From: Hydrolagus colliei
Taxonomy: Eukaryota
Assembly: GCA_035084275.1 (NCBI GenBank)
Contig: CM068751.1
Coordinates: forward strand, 16,678,001-16,742,000
DNA: 64,000 nucleotides
Reading direction: 5' to 3'
Below are positions 50,193 through 60,770 of the stretch, one piece after another. The position numbers and the translations under genes were made by a program. The notes under the pieces were generated by a model. That model had not been told where the DNA came from and ran no database searches. It saw nothing but the letters and a program-made list of their open reading frames with translations. Every line of letters starts with the position of its first letter. The first letter of the stretch is position 1.

Positions 50193-51968
50193 TTGATGGT
50201 GCTTTAGGTTGAAAAGAATTGATTCTAATTGACTATACTGTGATCAGGCGCCCTCTTCCCTGTATAGGAAGGAAATTATCAAATGTCATGGTTTTTGAAA
50301 TTCATATTTTTCGCTACGGATGCGCATTTAGAAGAGAAAAGCTTTTCAATATAAAATGACAGTATGTATGTGCAAGTTCCTAGGGTTATAATTGGCTTCA
50401 TGGTCAAATAGCCTCTTTTCATTCCATGTATTTTTTTACTGCGCTCGAATGTCTCACAGGATGTGTCTTCAGGCAGAAGATATGGCTATTTTATCTGATA
50501 TTTGTTTTGTTTAAAAAAAGTACCTATCAAATTCTTGAATGTGCCATTGAATAGCAAAGGGGATTCTGTTCTGTAAATGTCTTATAGTCAACAGAGAGCC
50601 GGCTAGATGATTGACATACCTGACCTTTGGTGCCACACATTGTATATGTCATCTTTATATTGTGTGCCACTTGTCCATGGCTGCACATTCTGTCTATTTC
50701 TATTAATACTCAAGAGAACAACCTTAAAGTCAAACATTTTTATACGAGGTTGAATCTCTATATGGTGCTTTGTTCTGCTTGAGACCTTCTTTTGAAAAAC
50801 CCTAAATTTGTTTAAAGATTTTATGCAGAGGGATGATTTGTGATTTGGGATATTGTTTTTTTTAATTATTCTTTACGTGTTGGAATCAAAGTGTAGTGTT
50901 GGTACTCTCCCCTCTGATATTTGTGGGTTCAAGTCCCAGGTCGGGGCTCGGAATCAAATCGTACTAAGCTGGCTCTAGGGCACAACATTGTTGGAGTTGC
51001 TGCCCTTCAGATGAGAAGTTAAACCGAGGTCCCGTCTGTCTGTTCAGGTGGATGTTAAAGATCCCATGACACAATTCAAAAAGAGAAGGGCGTTTCTCTC
51101 TCTTACAACAATCCCCCAGATAAGACGTCTCAATGACTTGATAAGGCATCTTATCAAATGCAAGGATTATTATATTTTTTATGATTTTATATGGAGTATT
51201 AACACAAGCAGAGACGGTTTGGGCCAAGTGGCTTGTTTTCCGTGCTATACATTTTTTGTTAATCTTTGTAAATAGGCAGGACAGCTCCGCCATTGAACTT
51301 CTTATTCTAAAGGTTGGCGGCTCTGACCATGCAGTGCTCCCCCAGTACTGCACCGGAGTGTCAGTTTAGGCTGATTTCAAAGTCCCGATGTGAGATTTCA
51401 ACCCAAAACCTTCTGACTCGGAGATGAGAGTGCTACTAACTAAAATACTTGACAGAAAATATGGCTTTAAGCCAGGACACTGGACTTAGTTTTAAAAAAA
51501 ACTTTATGCCTTAGTAATAATCATCATAATAATCCTTGCAATTGATATAGCACCTTATCATGTCTTCTAGACATCCCAAAGCACGTAATGGAAAATACTG
51601 TAAAGTGAATTGATTGTATATTTTGTGGGCAAAATGAGGTAGCCAATTGCGCACAGCAGCGTCCACATTTTTAATTAGAAGGGATTATTAGTGGTGTGTA
51701 TTCTGAAAGAATTGGATTAATGAGCTGGAGGGCTCTCTTCATCCAAACTTCTCCTGTGTTCTGGTGAGAAGAGTGTCTTCTCCCAGGACCCTCTCATATC
51801 CCAGAGCTATTACTAACCTTCACAGTCCTCATGGGCGAGAGAGTGTCTCTAAAGAGGGGCAAGAACCCGTGTCTCACCCCGGAGTATACAGTGCTGTAAA
51901 GGTGATACTTCGTACTGTTTGCTTTCATGATAGCTGTGCATTTCACACATTGTCTTTCTGTTTTACAG

Positions 51969-52059
51969 TTGATATTTTTAAGCAGATCACTATCCCGTCC
52001 GTGTTTATTGGGGATAAAGCAGCTAAAATCCTTATGGAAGAATTTAGCCTTGAAAAAGG
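51969..52059 (+). CDS. RNF13: RNF13 exon 6: (V)DIFKQITIPSVFIGDKAAKILMEEFSLEK(G)
   Basis: TTCTGTTTTACAG| acceptor, GG|GTGAGT donor, 91 nt, phase 1/2. Conserved IPSVFIG. Confidence 0.96.
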
Positions 52060-53373
52060 GTGAGTAGTTTTACCGCATGTTAATTTGTTTCCCATTATGT
52101 TTAAATCAATAGCTTTAAACTAAAGCCACAAGCTTAATTACTCACACATTTTCACCTCAAGCAAGTAAGAGATTCTTTCTCAAAGAGCAAAGCTTAGAAT
52201 TCTGAAAACACTTGAGGTTCATTTGCCTGGTTTTTATTATGGCCCTTTGTGACTTGTGCTGAAACAACCAATAATTTGTCTGCAAACAGCTCACTAAGCA
52301 GACTTTTATATAAAGGAAAAATCCTCAACGCAAAGATTATATGTCTGGAGTAAACAGACGCTTTCTGTTTTTTTAAAGTTCGATTTGTTTGGGAGGGGGA
52401 AAAAAAGCATTGAGTGGAAATGCAAGCTTCATTGATTTGCTCCGACTGAAAAATGTTATTCACAATTAACTCGGCTGTTTGTCAATGCGTTTATAAGGAC
52501 TTGGGTGAGTGCTGGTGGGGGGAAGAGGGAATATTTTCAGAGCTACTCCCATGTGCTATTTGCAGAGAATAGAAGTCTTAACAAATGAAAGGCCCTTTCC
52601 CATAGAGACCAGCGTCAGGCTGTGCCTGGCTCTGCTCAGATAAATTATTAAGGTGACAACTTGTGGAGAATTGTTGCTTCGAAGCTGATCTGCGGGGGGA
52701 AGAGGTGACCAGACAGAGTACAGAGGTGCTGATAACACATCGATCAGACTTTTCTCTCCTCTCTACAAGAGTTGTCCTGCTACAGTAGATATAACCCTGT
52801 TATCACTTGATCATTGTGATCAATAAAATCTCAGCCAGCACCAACACGGAAAGATGAAACACTGGCCAGGATGTCAAAGTCAAAATGTCTGACTTCCAGA
52901 GCATTAGATTCCTGCTGAAGTCCCTTCCTGATGAACTAAAATTAAGCCATTTTGTTGTATGTGTGTGTGTGTCCCATTGCTGGTTGGTCTTCTGTCTACG
53001 CACAAGTGCTGAAGGGATGGAATAGATCATTTGGGATATATTGAAAAAGTGAATACTGTATTAAGGTTCAAACTCCCAACCATGCAATAAGCGAACCCGT
53101 GTTCTAATTAATATTTGGTAACCGATTTCCACTGCATTAAATAAAGTAGAGGTTAATTCATAAATACCTGGAAGTTGTTCTCGGGATTACCTGAAATCAA
53201 CTGTCATCTGGGAGAGCAAAAAGTAGTGATTTAGAATTCAGATTTGTATCCCAAACTGAGATGAACTGAGATGACATCTTTAGAATCATCTGGTCTTATC
53301 ATTTCCTTTTGGGCAAGTAAGTGCTGGCTTTTATAAAATGCCGACATGCGTAAAGGGCATGGTATAAAATGTA

Positions 53374-53589
53374 CAGTGAAAGCCCGTTTATCCGGCACCC
53401 AGTCAACCGTAACTTCCGTATAACCGGCATCGCAAAAAAAGCCCGCATTCGGTTAACCGGAATTTATCTGGACAAATGCATTGAAATTTTTTTTTTAATT
53501 GGTTTTTACGTTTTTGGCCGAATATCCGGCAGGCGCTTTAACTGGCATTGGCTAGGTCCCGAGGGTGCCGGATAAGCGGGCTTTTTCTG
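53374..53589. mobile_element. Tigger/pogo-like MITE, 216 bp
   Basis: TIRs CAGTGAAAGCCCGTTTATCCGGCAC / GTGCCGGATAAGCGGGCTTTTTCTG, with TA on both flanks. Confidence 0.88.
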
Positions 53590-55349
53590 TATACTGTTGC
53601 TGTGATTTGCCCTCTGCCTCAGTGCTCAGTGTGAACGTTGATGAACAGTAATCGCCCTACTGAGAGATTAACAATTTGATTATGAAATGTTGCTCGTCAA
53701 GCAGGAAAGTCGAGCATCTCGTGGTTTGGAAAGTCTCACAAACGAGCCATGCGATGAATTTTGACTATTTTAATCCAGAGGATTGTTGGCCAGGAGACAG
53801 GAGCACTGCAGTTCCATCTAGCCCCAGTCTGTCAAGGCTATTTTGTCTGGAAACAACCAGATTTGTGGAAAAAAAACTCATTCATTTTGTTTTCACACGA
53901 CAAGCCAGTTCAAACAATGCCCTCCAATCGCATTATGTTACCGGCCGCGAGATGGTGTATGAGACTGATGATCCAGGTTAGGTAGGACGGAATTATACGG
54001 CGTCCGTCCGCTTTGCCCTCATTTTTCTCTCTCTCTCTCTCTCCGCGGCCCACTTCACACAACATTGCTGTTTTTGCACAGTAACCGGCATCATCCACCC
54101 AACACTACTAGGTTTAGTGTGTCCACTGCTTGGTAAAGTGCTGGCGTTCCAGCTGAGAAAATATTGTGTGTGATTACATAATCCCTTTCCATCAGTCAGT
54201 GCGCTGGAGCTCCAAATCTACGGCTGTGTGTAGCCTCCTCTTTGTCTCCTCCTTTATTGATGTGCAGAAATAGTACTGATTGTGTTGGTCACAAAACAGC
54301 ATTCAATTACTGAAGAAGTGAATTGTTGCCGTGCTATCAGCAACGTGTGTGGCTCTCTTTCATTCATCTTCCTCTAAAAAGGCCTTTGTGAATCCGCTGT
54401 TCTGATAAGCTGTGGAAATCAATACGCTGGTACTTTATATCTGTGAGCTCTCGTCACTTGAAATTTGTTTATTGCTCGTTGCATTTATCCCTCAATTAAT
54501 TAAACGCTGGATTGACTTGTGCAAAGGTACCACTCTTTGCCATTGTCTCTATGTTCTGCTCGAGTGTCTTTTTGTTGAGCAGCAATTTGGCCTCGCGTTA
54601 CTTGTTTGAACTTATTTTTAATCCGATCTCAGAAGTGTCATCTTCAACCCAGACACTCGGTTTGGTTTGGGGAAAAAAAACTCCAGCAACACACGCCTCT
54701 TGATAAAATTAAAGACTGAACCAACTCATTCAGTATAACACTGCTACACACAGCAGACCATGGCTTGTCTTCAAGCCAACTGTCCGCTCTTCCACATTGG
54801 CCCATGCTGCGGCAGTGAGGCTGTGCTGCGATGTTGGTAAACGTTTTCAGTTGCACACGTATTATCAGGTAAGTGACATTTCCTGGTGTCACACAGTACA
54901 GTGTTTTGAGCCAAGGTTAAAGAGAGAGACAAATGCGCAGAGATCCTTTACACATTCACAATGGGACTACAGATATTGGGCTCTCTACCGTTTGAATCGT
55001 TACAGCACAGAATTAGGGCCTGCGCTGGTGTTTCTCACCACATCAACTACCTGCTCTTAGGGTTACTCCCCGAGCCCACTTTCTTTAATTTGCCTCCTCT
55101 TCAAGCGGATGTCTTTCCCCTCCGATTGAGAAGGTGCTGGGTTCAAACCTTACGTCAGAACGTTCGGTTTACAGACTTGGCAATTCACTCCCAGTTCAGT
55201 GCTGGGGGTGGGTGGCATTGTCAGAGGTATCCTCCTCCCAACAAATCAGTGTTTCAACATCCACTCAGGGCAAAGTTGCATTTCAGTGAGAAATTAAACT
55301 CTGTATCTTCAGATGCATGTTAATGAACCTATAACACGGCCCGCTCACT

Positions 55350-55625
55350 TAATTTCTCCATCTCCCTATACTTGTGGCTTGTACTCTTCACGGGTTACAT
55401 CTCCCAGCTTAGTGTCATCTGCTAATTTACATATATGTACTCTCCCCGTTCCTGTATCTAGGTCATTGATGTATGGGGAGGGGGGGGATAGCTGGAACCC
55501 AAGGGAACACAATTGGTCTGAGCTATAAATTTGATCTCTTCTATATCAGCTCTTCACCTCCTGTCTTATAACCATTCTCCTATCAACGATACAATATTGC
55601 CTTCACTCCACGTGCCTTCATTTTC
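55350..55625 (-). mobile_element. CR1 LINE reverse-transcriptase remnant
   Basis: Minus strand gives VPLGS, YINDLDTG and KLADDTKLG (55402-55428), degenerate forms of the GVPQGS and FADDTK RT motifs. Confidence 0.8.
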
Positions 55626-56361
55626 TCTTTCTGAATTCCCTTCTAGAAATTCTATGTCTGCTGTGTAATATTCCTACTGTGCCATTCCTTCAGCACCAGG
55701 GAATGATGGACTCAGAAAATTGAACTCCGTTTCTTGTTGAACGTGGAAGTGTGAATGAATTAACGTCACTTAATATTTGTTGTTTACCTTTGTGGACCAC
55801 GGCAGCTGTTTCTCGGTTTATAGCTTTCGATCTTTTTTAATTGCTTTACTTCGCTGTCATCAATTAATTGATCGGTACCAAATTACTACTAAAGTTTTGC
55901 GGTTGAAATTCTAGCCCGTGGAGCTTCCCAAATTCTTGTCCTCGTTACAATTGCGGTCGAATGTTTTGGGCGGAGGTTGTCTAACCCAGATCCACTCCAG
56001 TGTACATCATAGGCCGGCTCCAGTGCAGTCACGGTGACCTCACAGTCCAGGTCCTCAGCACTGCTCACTGTTCAAGCATCAGGATACAAAAGGTCATAAT
56101 GGCTTTAGTTGATAAATACAAGTTCACACAGCTCTGGCTTCCCTTTTTATTTATTTTTACGCCACTTATTATGTCCGCAGCCTCACGCTGCCCAGATCCC
56201 CACTAGTGTAACAATGTTAACTGCAAGCACGGAACCAAGATGATGATCATTGTTGTGATGTGCATTTTAGCAGCATTTCTGGAGATGTGTTTCGACGGCC
56301 ACCACCAGTTGCGCTACCGGAACTATCTGCAAACTTTCTTTGTGATTATCTTTCTCCACAG

Positions 56362-56467
56362 CGGCCACATCGTGATCCTGCCTGACTTCAGTCTGCCACT
56401 GGAGTACTATCTCATTCCGTTCCTCATCATCGTGGGAATCTGTTTAATCCTGATCGCGGTGTTTATG
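56362..56467 (+). CDS. RNF13: RNF13 exon 7 (transmembrane helix): GHIVILPDFSLPLEYYLIPFLIIVGICLILIAVFM
   Basis: TTTCTCCACAG| acceptor, ATG|GTATGT donor, 106 nt, phase 2/0. FSLPLEYYLIPFLIIVGICLILI matches RNF13 rather than RNF167. Confidence 0.97.
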
Positions 56468-57979
56468 GTATGTATGTATATCCCTTCTGGGTTGTAACGT
56501 AACTTGGTGTCGTTGTGGAGTTGTGAAATATTTCACACTGACTGTGATAGCGTTCCTGGGAATTATCTTGTGTATTCTTTCCTCACCGAAGAACCAACTA
56601 ATGTTCCCAGTGTAAGGTTTTCGTGGTGGTTTAATAGCATGATTAGAACCCATTCCCATTCCTTGGCATCATCTACTGTCAACTCAACTCTTCTGACAAC
56701 TATAGCATTTGTAAATATTTCAAGGTTTTTCACGATCTTCAAAATAGGAATTGCGATGTATTTTTTGCATCCAGTACCAGTAATTGTATTCCGCACTCCC
56801 AAATCATTTACTGGCCTTGTAGGTAACGTGGCTTAGGGAATGTAAATATGGTCTCCTTCCCTGCTCGGACAATACAATGTTGACTGTCTTATCCTCACGA
56901 ATTAACCCCCTATAAAGCATGTCCTCTGCAAACCAAGCAATAAGTGTCAACAAATAATGTGAAGAGTCACGATAAACAAGTGAAGAGTCACGATAAACTG
57001 CCTTTGTATCATGTCTTGAAGCCCTCGCTCAATTCAACCACTCAGTCACTTTGAGCCTTTGACACTCAACGTAGGTTTGTGAGTGGCAGCTAATTCAGCT
57101 GACCTGCTGAAAAATCAGAGTTGTCCATTGGACCCCCAGTTCTTTTCCCAAGTTTCTGCTGTAGATTGCTATCCAGTGACTTCTGAGGAGGGATGAAAAA
57201 TTACCATTGATAAAAATGTAATCTAACTATTCTTCTCAGTGTAATTAAACAATACTGTACTTGAGGCAGATTTAGATAAATCTCTGGGTAATGAACTGTG
57301 TCTAAAGTGTATTGCGCTTACTAACGTAGGCAGTTTGTTGAAATATCTCTTTGCTCATCGAGAAGGCTGAGTACTTGTCTAGAGAAACAAACTGGAGAGT
57401 GATTATTGACTCATTTGCATGATTGCTGGAGCCAGTGATGTATTCATTGATTCAAGGAAACTTCATGTTGTATAAATATATCCTAACTCCTGTGAGGAAG
57501 CATCTGTGCTTATGGAACTACAATATTCTTGTCGCTTAGAATGGAATTGTATTATCTGCAGTTGCTTCCTGTCTGACACATTATTTGTTGACACTTATTC
57601 CCATCATATTTTGTGACCTTCTCGTTGGAGGCAACTTGGGATTCAACGTGAATGAAAATTATGTTATAAACTTATTCCAGCGAGCAGAGAACAATCAAAC
57701 ACTAAAATATTCCTTTCCTCAGCACTGATATTCTTAGCTTGAGCAGCAAAATTCAGAGAGCAAAGTGAAGGAGATACAATCTTTTCAGGTGGTATGCAGT
57801 ACTGTTGGTATCAAAAGCCCATCTCTACCACTTTCTCCCCCCAACATACAGCAGCACACTTATACCAGAAAGTATTTGGATTTGACATTTAATAATTCTG
57901 GCCTATCCTGGCTGAACTGAGAAGCTGGGTGAAATAGAACCATTGATTAATGGCTGTAACGAATAGTACCAACTTTATC

Positions 57980-58277
57980 TATAGCTCAGTGGTTAGAGCA
58001 CTCGTCTGACAAGCATGAGACCTGTGTTCAAATCCAGGCAGGTCAGAGTAAGACCTTGGTCAAGTTTCCTTACTCCACTCACCTGATAATAATCCGTTCC
58101 CCCCCAAAGAATAATAAATTGGTTATTTCAATCCACGACTATTTGTGGGACACTTCTGTGCACAATTTGCTGCCGCATTTAGCCCACAAATATACAGTCA
58201 ATTCACTTTACAGTATATGCTGTGAAGCACCTTGAGACATCTAGAATTCGTGAAAAGCACAGTATCAAAATGCAAGG
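57980..58277 (+). mobile_element. Full-length tRNA-derived SINE
   Basis: TATAGCTCAGTGGTTAGAGCAC..GTTCAAATCCAGG head, core and tail. Confidence 0.9.
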
Positions 58278-58384
58278 ATTATTTATTATTATTATTAAGT
58301 TTCGCAGTCAGGACCACCCAGTATTTAGGGTTTATAGTTCATAGGATTGAGAACATATCTACAACTGCTAATCTTGTGGATGAT

Positions 58385-58745
58385 AACAACAACAGCTTGT
58401 TTATATCTATATAGTGCCCCTCAGGCAAGGAAGTGTCCCAAAGCCCTAAAATATATTGGCTGGTCAAACAGCAATCATACCTTGCAATGCAAATTGATAT
58501 TTATATAAAGCCTTTCACGTCGGACAGATGTCCCAAGGTGTTTATCAATCTTGGCTTAACACCCGAACTGGGAGTGGGAGCCGAAGTGGTGAGGAGGGGA
58601 AAGATAAATGTCAGCACAGTCAACAAGGGAAGTAGGTCTTAAGACTGATCTCAAGCAAAGTGAGGAAGGGAATGAGTCAAAGAGATTCCGGGATGGAGTT
58701 CCAGAAAAGGCCCATATGTCGGCCGATGGTAGAGCAGGTAGGACA
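58385..58745 (-). mobile_element. L2 LINE 3' ends (two tails)
   Basis: CAACAACAGCTTGTTTATATCTATATAGTGCCCC and TTTATATAAAGCCTTTCACGTCGGACAGATGTCCCAAGG; also GGAGTTCCAGA (reverse complement of the WNS codons). Confidence 0.7.
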
Positions 58746-59048
58746 AGGTGGGGAATTATTGTGGGACTGCCTGACTTCACCAGACGGGTTTGCTCACAAT
58801 CAGAACCAAGATGATAACTTACCACCCGAAGCTTTTTTCACCTCAAAAGGGTGGATGGGGGTAGAGTGGACCTACTGAGATTCAAATGGGGGAACATTAG
58901 GAACTCCCAACTTGACTGTCCACTACAGTGTAGCAGGAAATCGATTGCCCACCAAATAAATGAATGGGTGGGGGCAGAAAATATTTCCTTCTGTAGGAAT
59001 ATTGTTGTGGAACAAAACATAATCTGTCGCGACCGCTTTGCTTTCCAG

Positions 59049-59142
59049 ATCTCCAAATTTATTCAAGATCGACACAGAGCAAGAAGGAACCGCTTACGAA
59101 AAGATCAGCTGAAAAAGCTTCCAGTGCACAAGTTCAAAAAGG
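59049..59142 (+). CDS. RNF13: RNF13 exon 8 (cytosolic basic linker before RING): ISKFIQDRHRARRNRLRKDQLKKLPVHKFKK(G)
   Basis: TTTGCTTTCCAG| acceptor, G|GTAAGT donor, 94 nt, phase 0/1. QDRHRARRNRLRKDQLKKLPVHKFKKG matches human RNF13. No RING exon was found before the window end. Confidence 0.97.
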
Positions 59143-59369
59143 GTAAGTGTGTGGCAGTGAGCTCCCTCAGCGGCAGGCCGAGCTCTCCCTACTTTATGTC
59201 AATAGTGATTGACTTTATTTCAATAGTGATTACTGATTGTAAAGGTAGGACAAGGCAAGGCCGTGGAGGGCCTTCGAAGCCAAGGACAAGGATATTGAAC
59301 TCTATCCTTTTGGGGGAAATGTTTGGGGGTGATAGGGTCGCAGAGGACACGAGCTGCTGAGTTCTGCTC

Positions 59370-59693
59370 TGCCTCGTCTTCTTTTTCTTTCTCGCTCAGT
59401 GTCTCTGTCTTGCTCTCTGTCACACTCTCACTGTCTGCTTCACACTCTCCCACTGTTTTGCTCTCGCTCGGTCTCTAACTCTCTGTCTTTCGCTTTTGCG
59501 CTCTGTCACTCATTCTTGCTCACAACCGCCCTTTCACTCACTGTCTCTCTGCCCGTCTCTTTCTCTCTCTCTCTCTCTCTGTTTGTCTGTCTGACTCTTG
59601 CTCTTTCTCTCGCCCATTCTGTGTGCGCACGTGTATGTGTGTGTCTCTCTGTCTCTCTTTCACACGCTCTCTCTCTCTCTCTATACCACTCAC

Positions 59694-59730
<37 letters not shown>
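59370..59730 (+). repeat. Degenerate (CT)n microsatellite / polypyrimidine tract
   Basis: Long runs of CTCTCT with interruptions. Confidence 0.9.
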
Positions 59731-59734
<4 letters not shown>

Positions 59735-60574
59735 CTGCTGAATCAGCATTATTTTCAAGCTTTCCACGATTTCCCAAAGTGTCCATGGCCTGAATGCTAA
59801 ACGCCCTCAACTAATTTCCAGGCTGCTGTTTGGGGGGCTGCAATGTCTTTGAAGAAGGCGACAAAAGTTTGGAAAATTGCCCAACTTTCAATGGAGCAAT
59901 ATGTCTGTGCATGTTAAGTGTAATTCGCATTGAGGTCCAGCAGGGGTGGTGGGGGGAATGGGGGAGGAGGAGGAGGACATTTTGATGTTGCTGGAGCAGG
60001 AAAGGAATTTCATTTTGCAAAAAGTGAAGTGTTTAATTCGAATGCTGATTTGTTTTCTGTCAGTGTGTGTTATCTGGTATTTTTCTGGCAGATCGTCAAA
60101 ACAAGATGACTGTGTTTGCTTTAAATAGGAAAAGCTATGTGAATCCTATAGACTGCTCCTACAGCTAGCACACACACACACACACACACAGACAGACAGC
60201 ATCGCTCACTGGGAATAAGCCATTCTCCACTTGAGTGTTGGACAGCAGAGTGGGAGATTGCTCGCAGAAATTAAGAACACTGTAATCTGCAGGCATAAGT
60301 AGTGTGATCTTTTGGTTTAAGGCACAACAAATGTCTACTAAACAGGCATTTTCTCAAAGTTACACAGAGGATTAATGTAAAGAGGTAAAGCTTTTAATGC
60401 CAGTTTGGGGACAGGGAGGCTCTCACTGGAACATTCAGATCCACCCTGAATTTGACAATAATAAGAGAGATCTCTTTGGCCGTTCATTAACATCAAGGTA
60501 TATCCCGAAGGTGCAACTGACTGTTGGGTGTTTTAGAGTTTATTGTGCCAAGAAAACTTCGGGCAACATTCCTC

Positions 60575-60770
60575 AAGAAAAAAATAATAATTTGGTCACT
60601 TGATCTACGACTGTTAATGGGACGCTGCTGTGCGCAATTGGCTGCCGCGTTTTGTCCACAAAATATAGTCGGTTCACTTTACAGTATATTCTGTGATGTG
60701 TTTTGAGACATGTAGAAGACATGAAAAGTGCTATATCAAATGCAAGGATCATTATTATTATTAGTAGTAG
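60575..60770 (+). mobile_element. 5'-truncated SINE copy in intron 8
   Basis: GGGACGCTGCTGTGCGCAATTGGCTGCCGCG core and ATATCAAATGCAAGGATCATTATTA tail. Confidence 0.88.

Noticed and set aside
52058-52063. In-frame stop right at the exon 6 donor (GGG TGA), suggesting a secreted PA-only isoform
   Set aside because: Any phase-2 GTGAG donor gives this stop, and there is no independent sign of intron retention or of a nearby polyadenylation site.
56959-56998. 19-bp direct repeat GTGAAGAGTCACGATAAAC x2
   Set aside because: Ordinary small slippage duplication.
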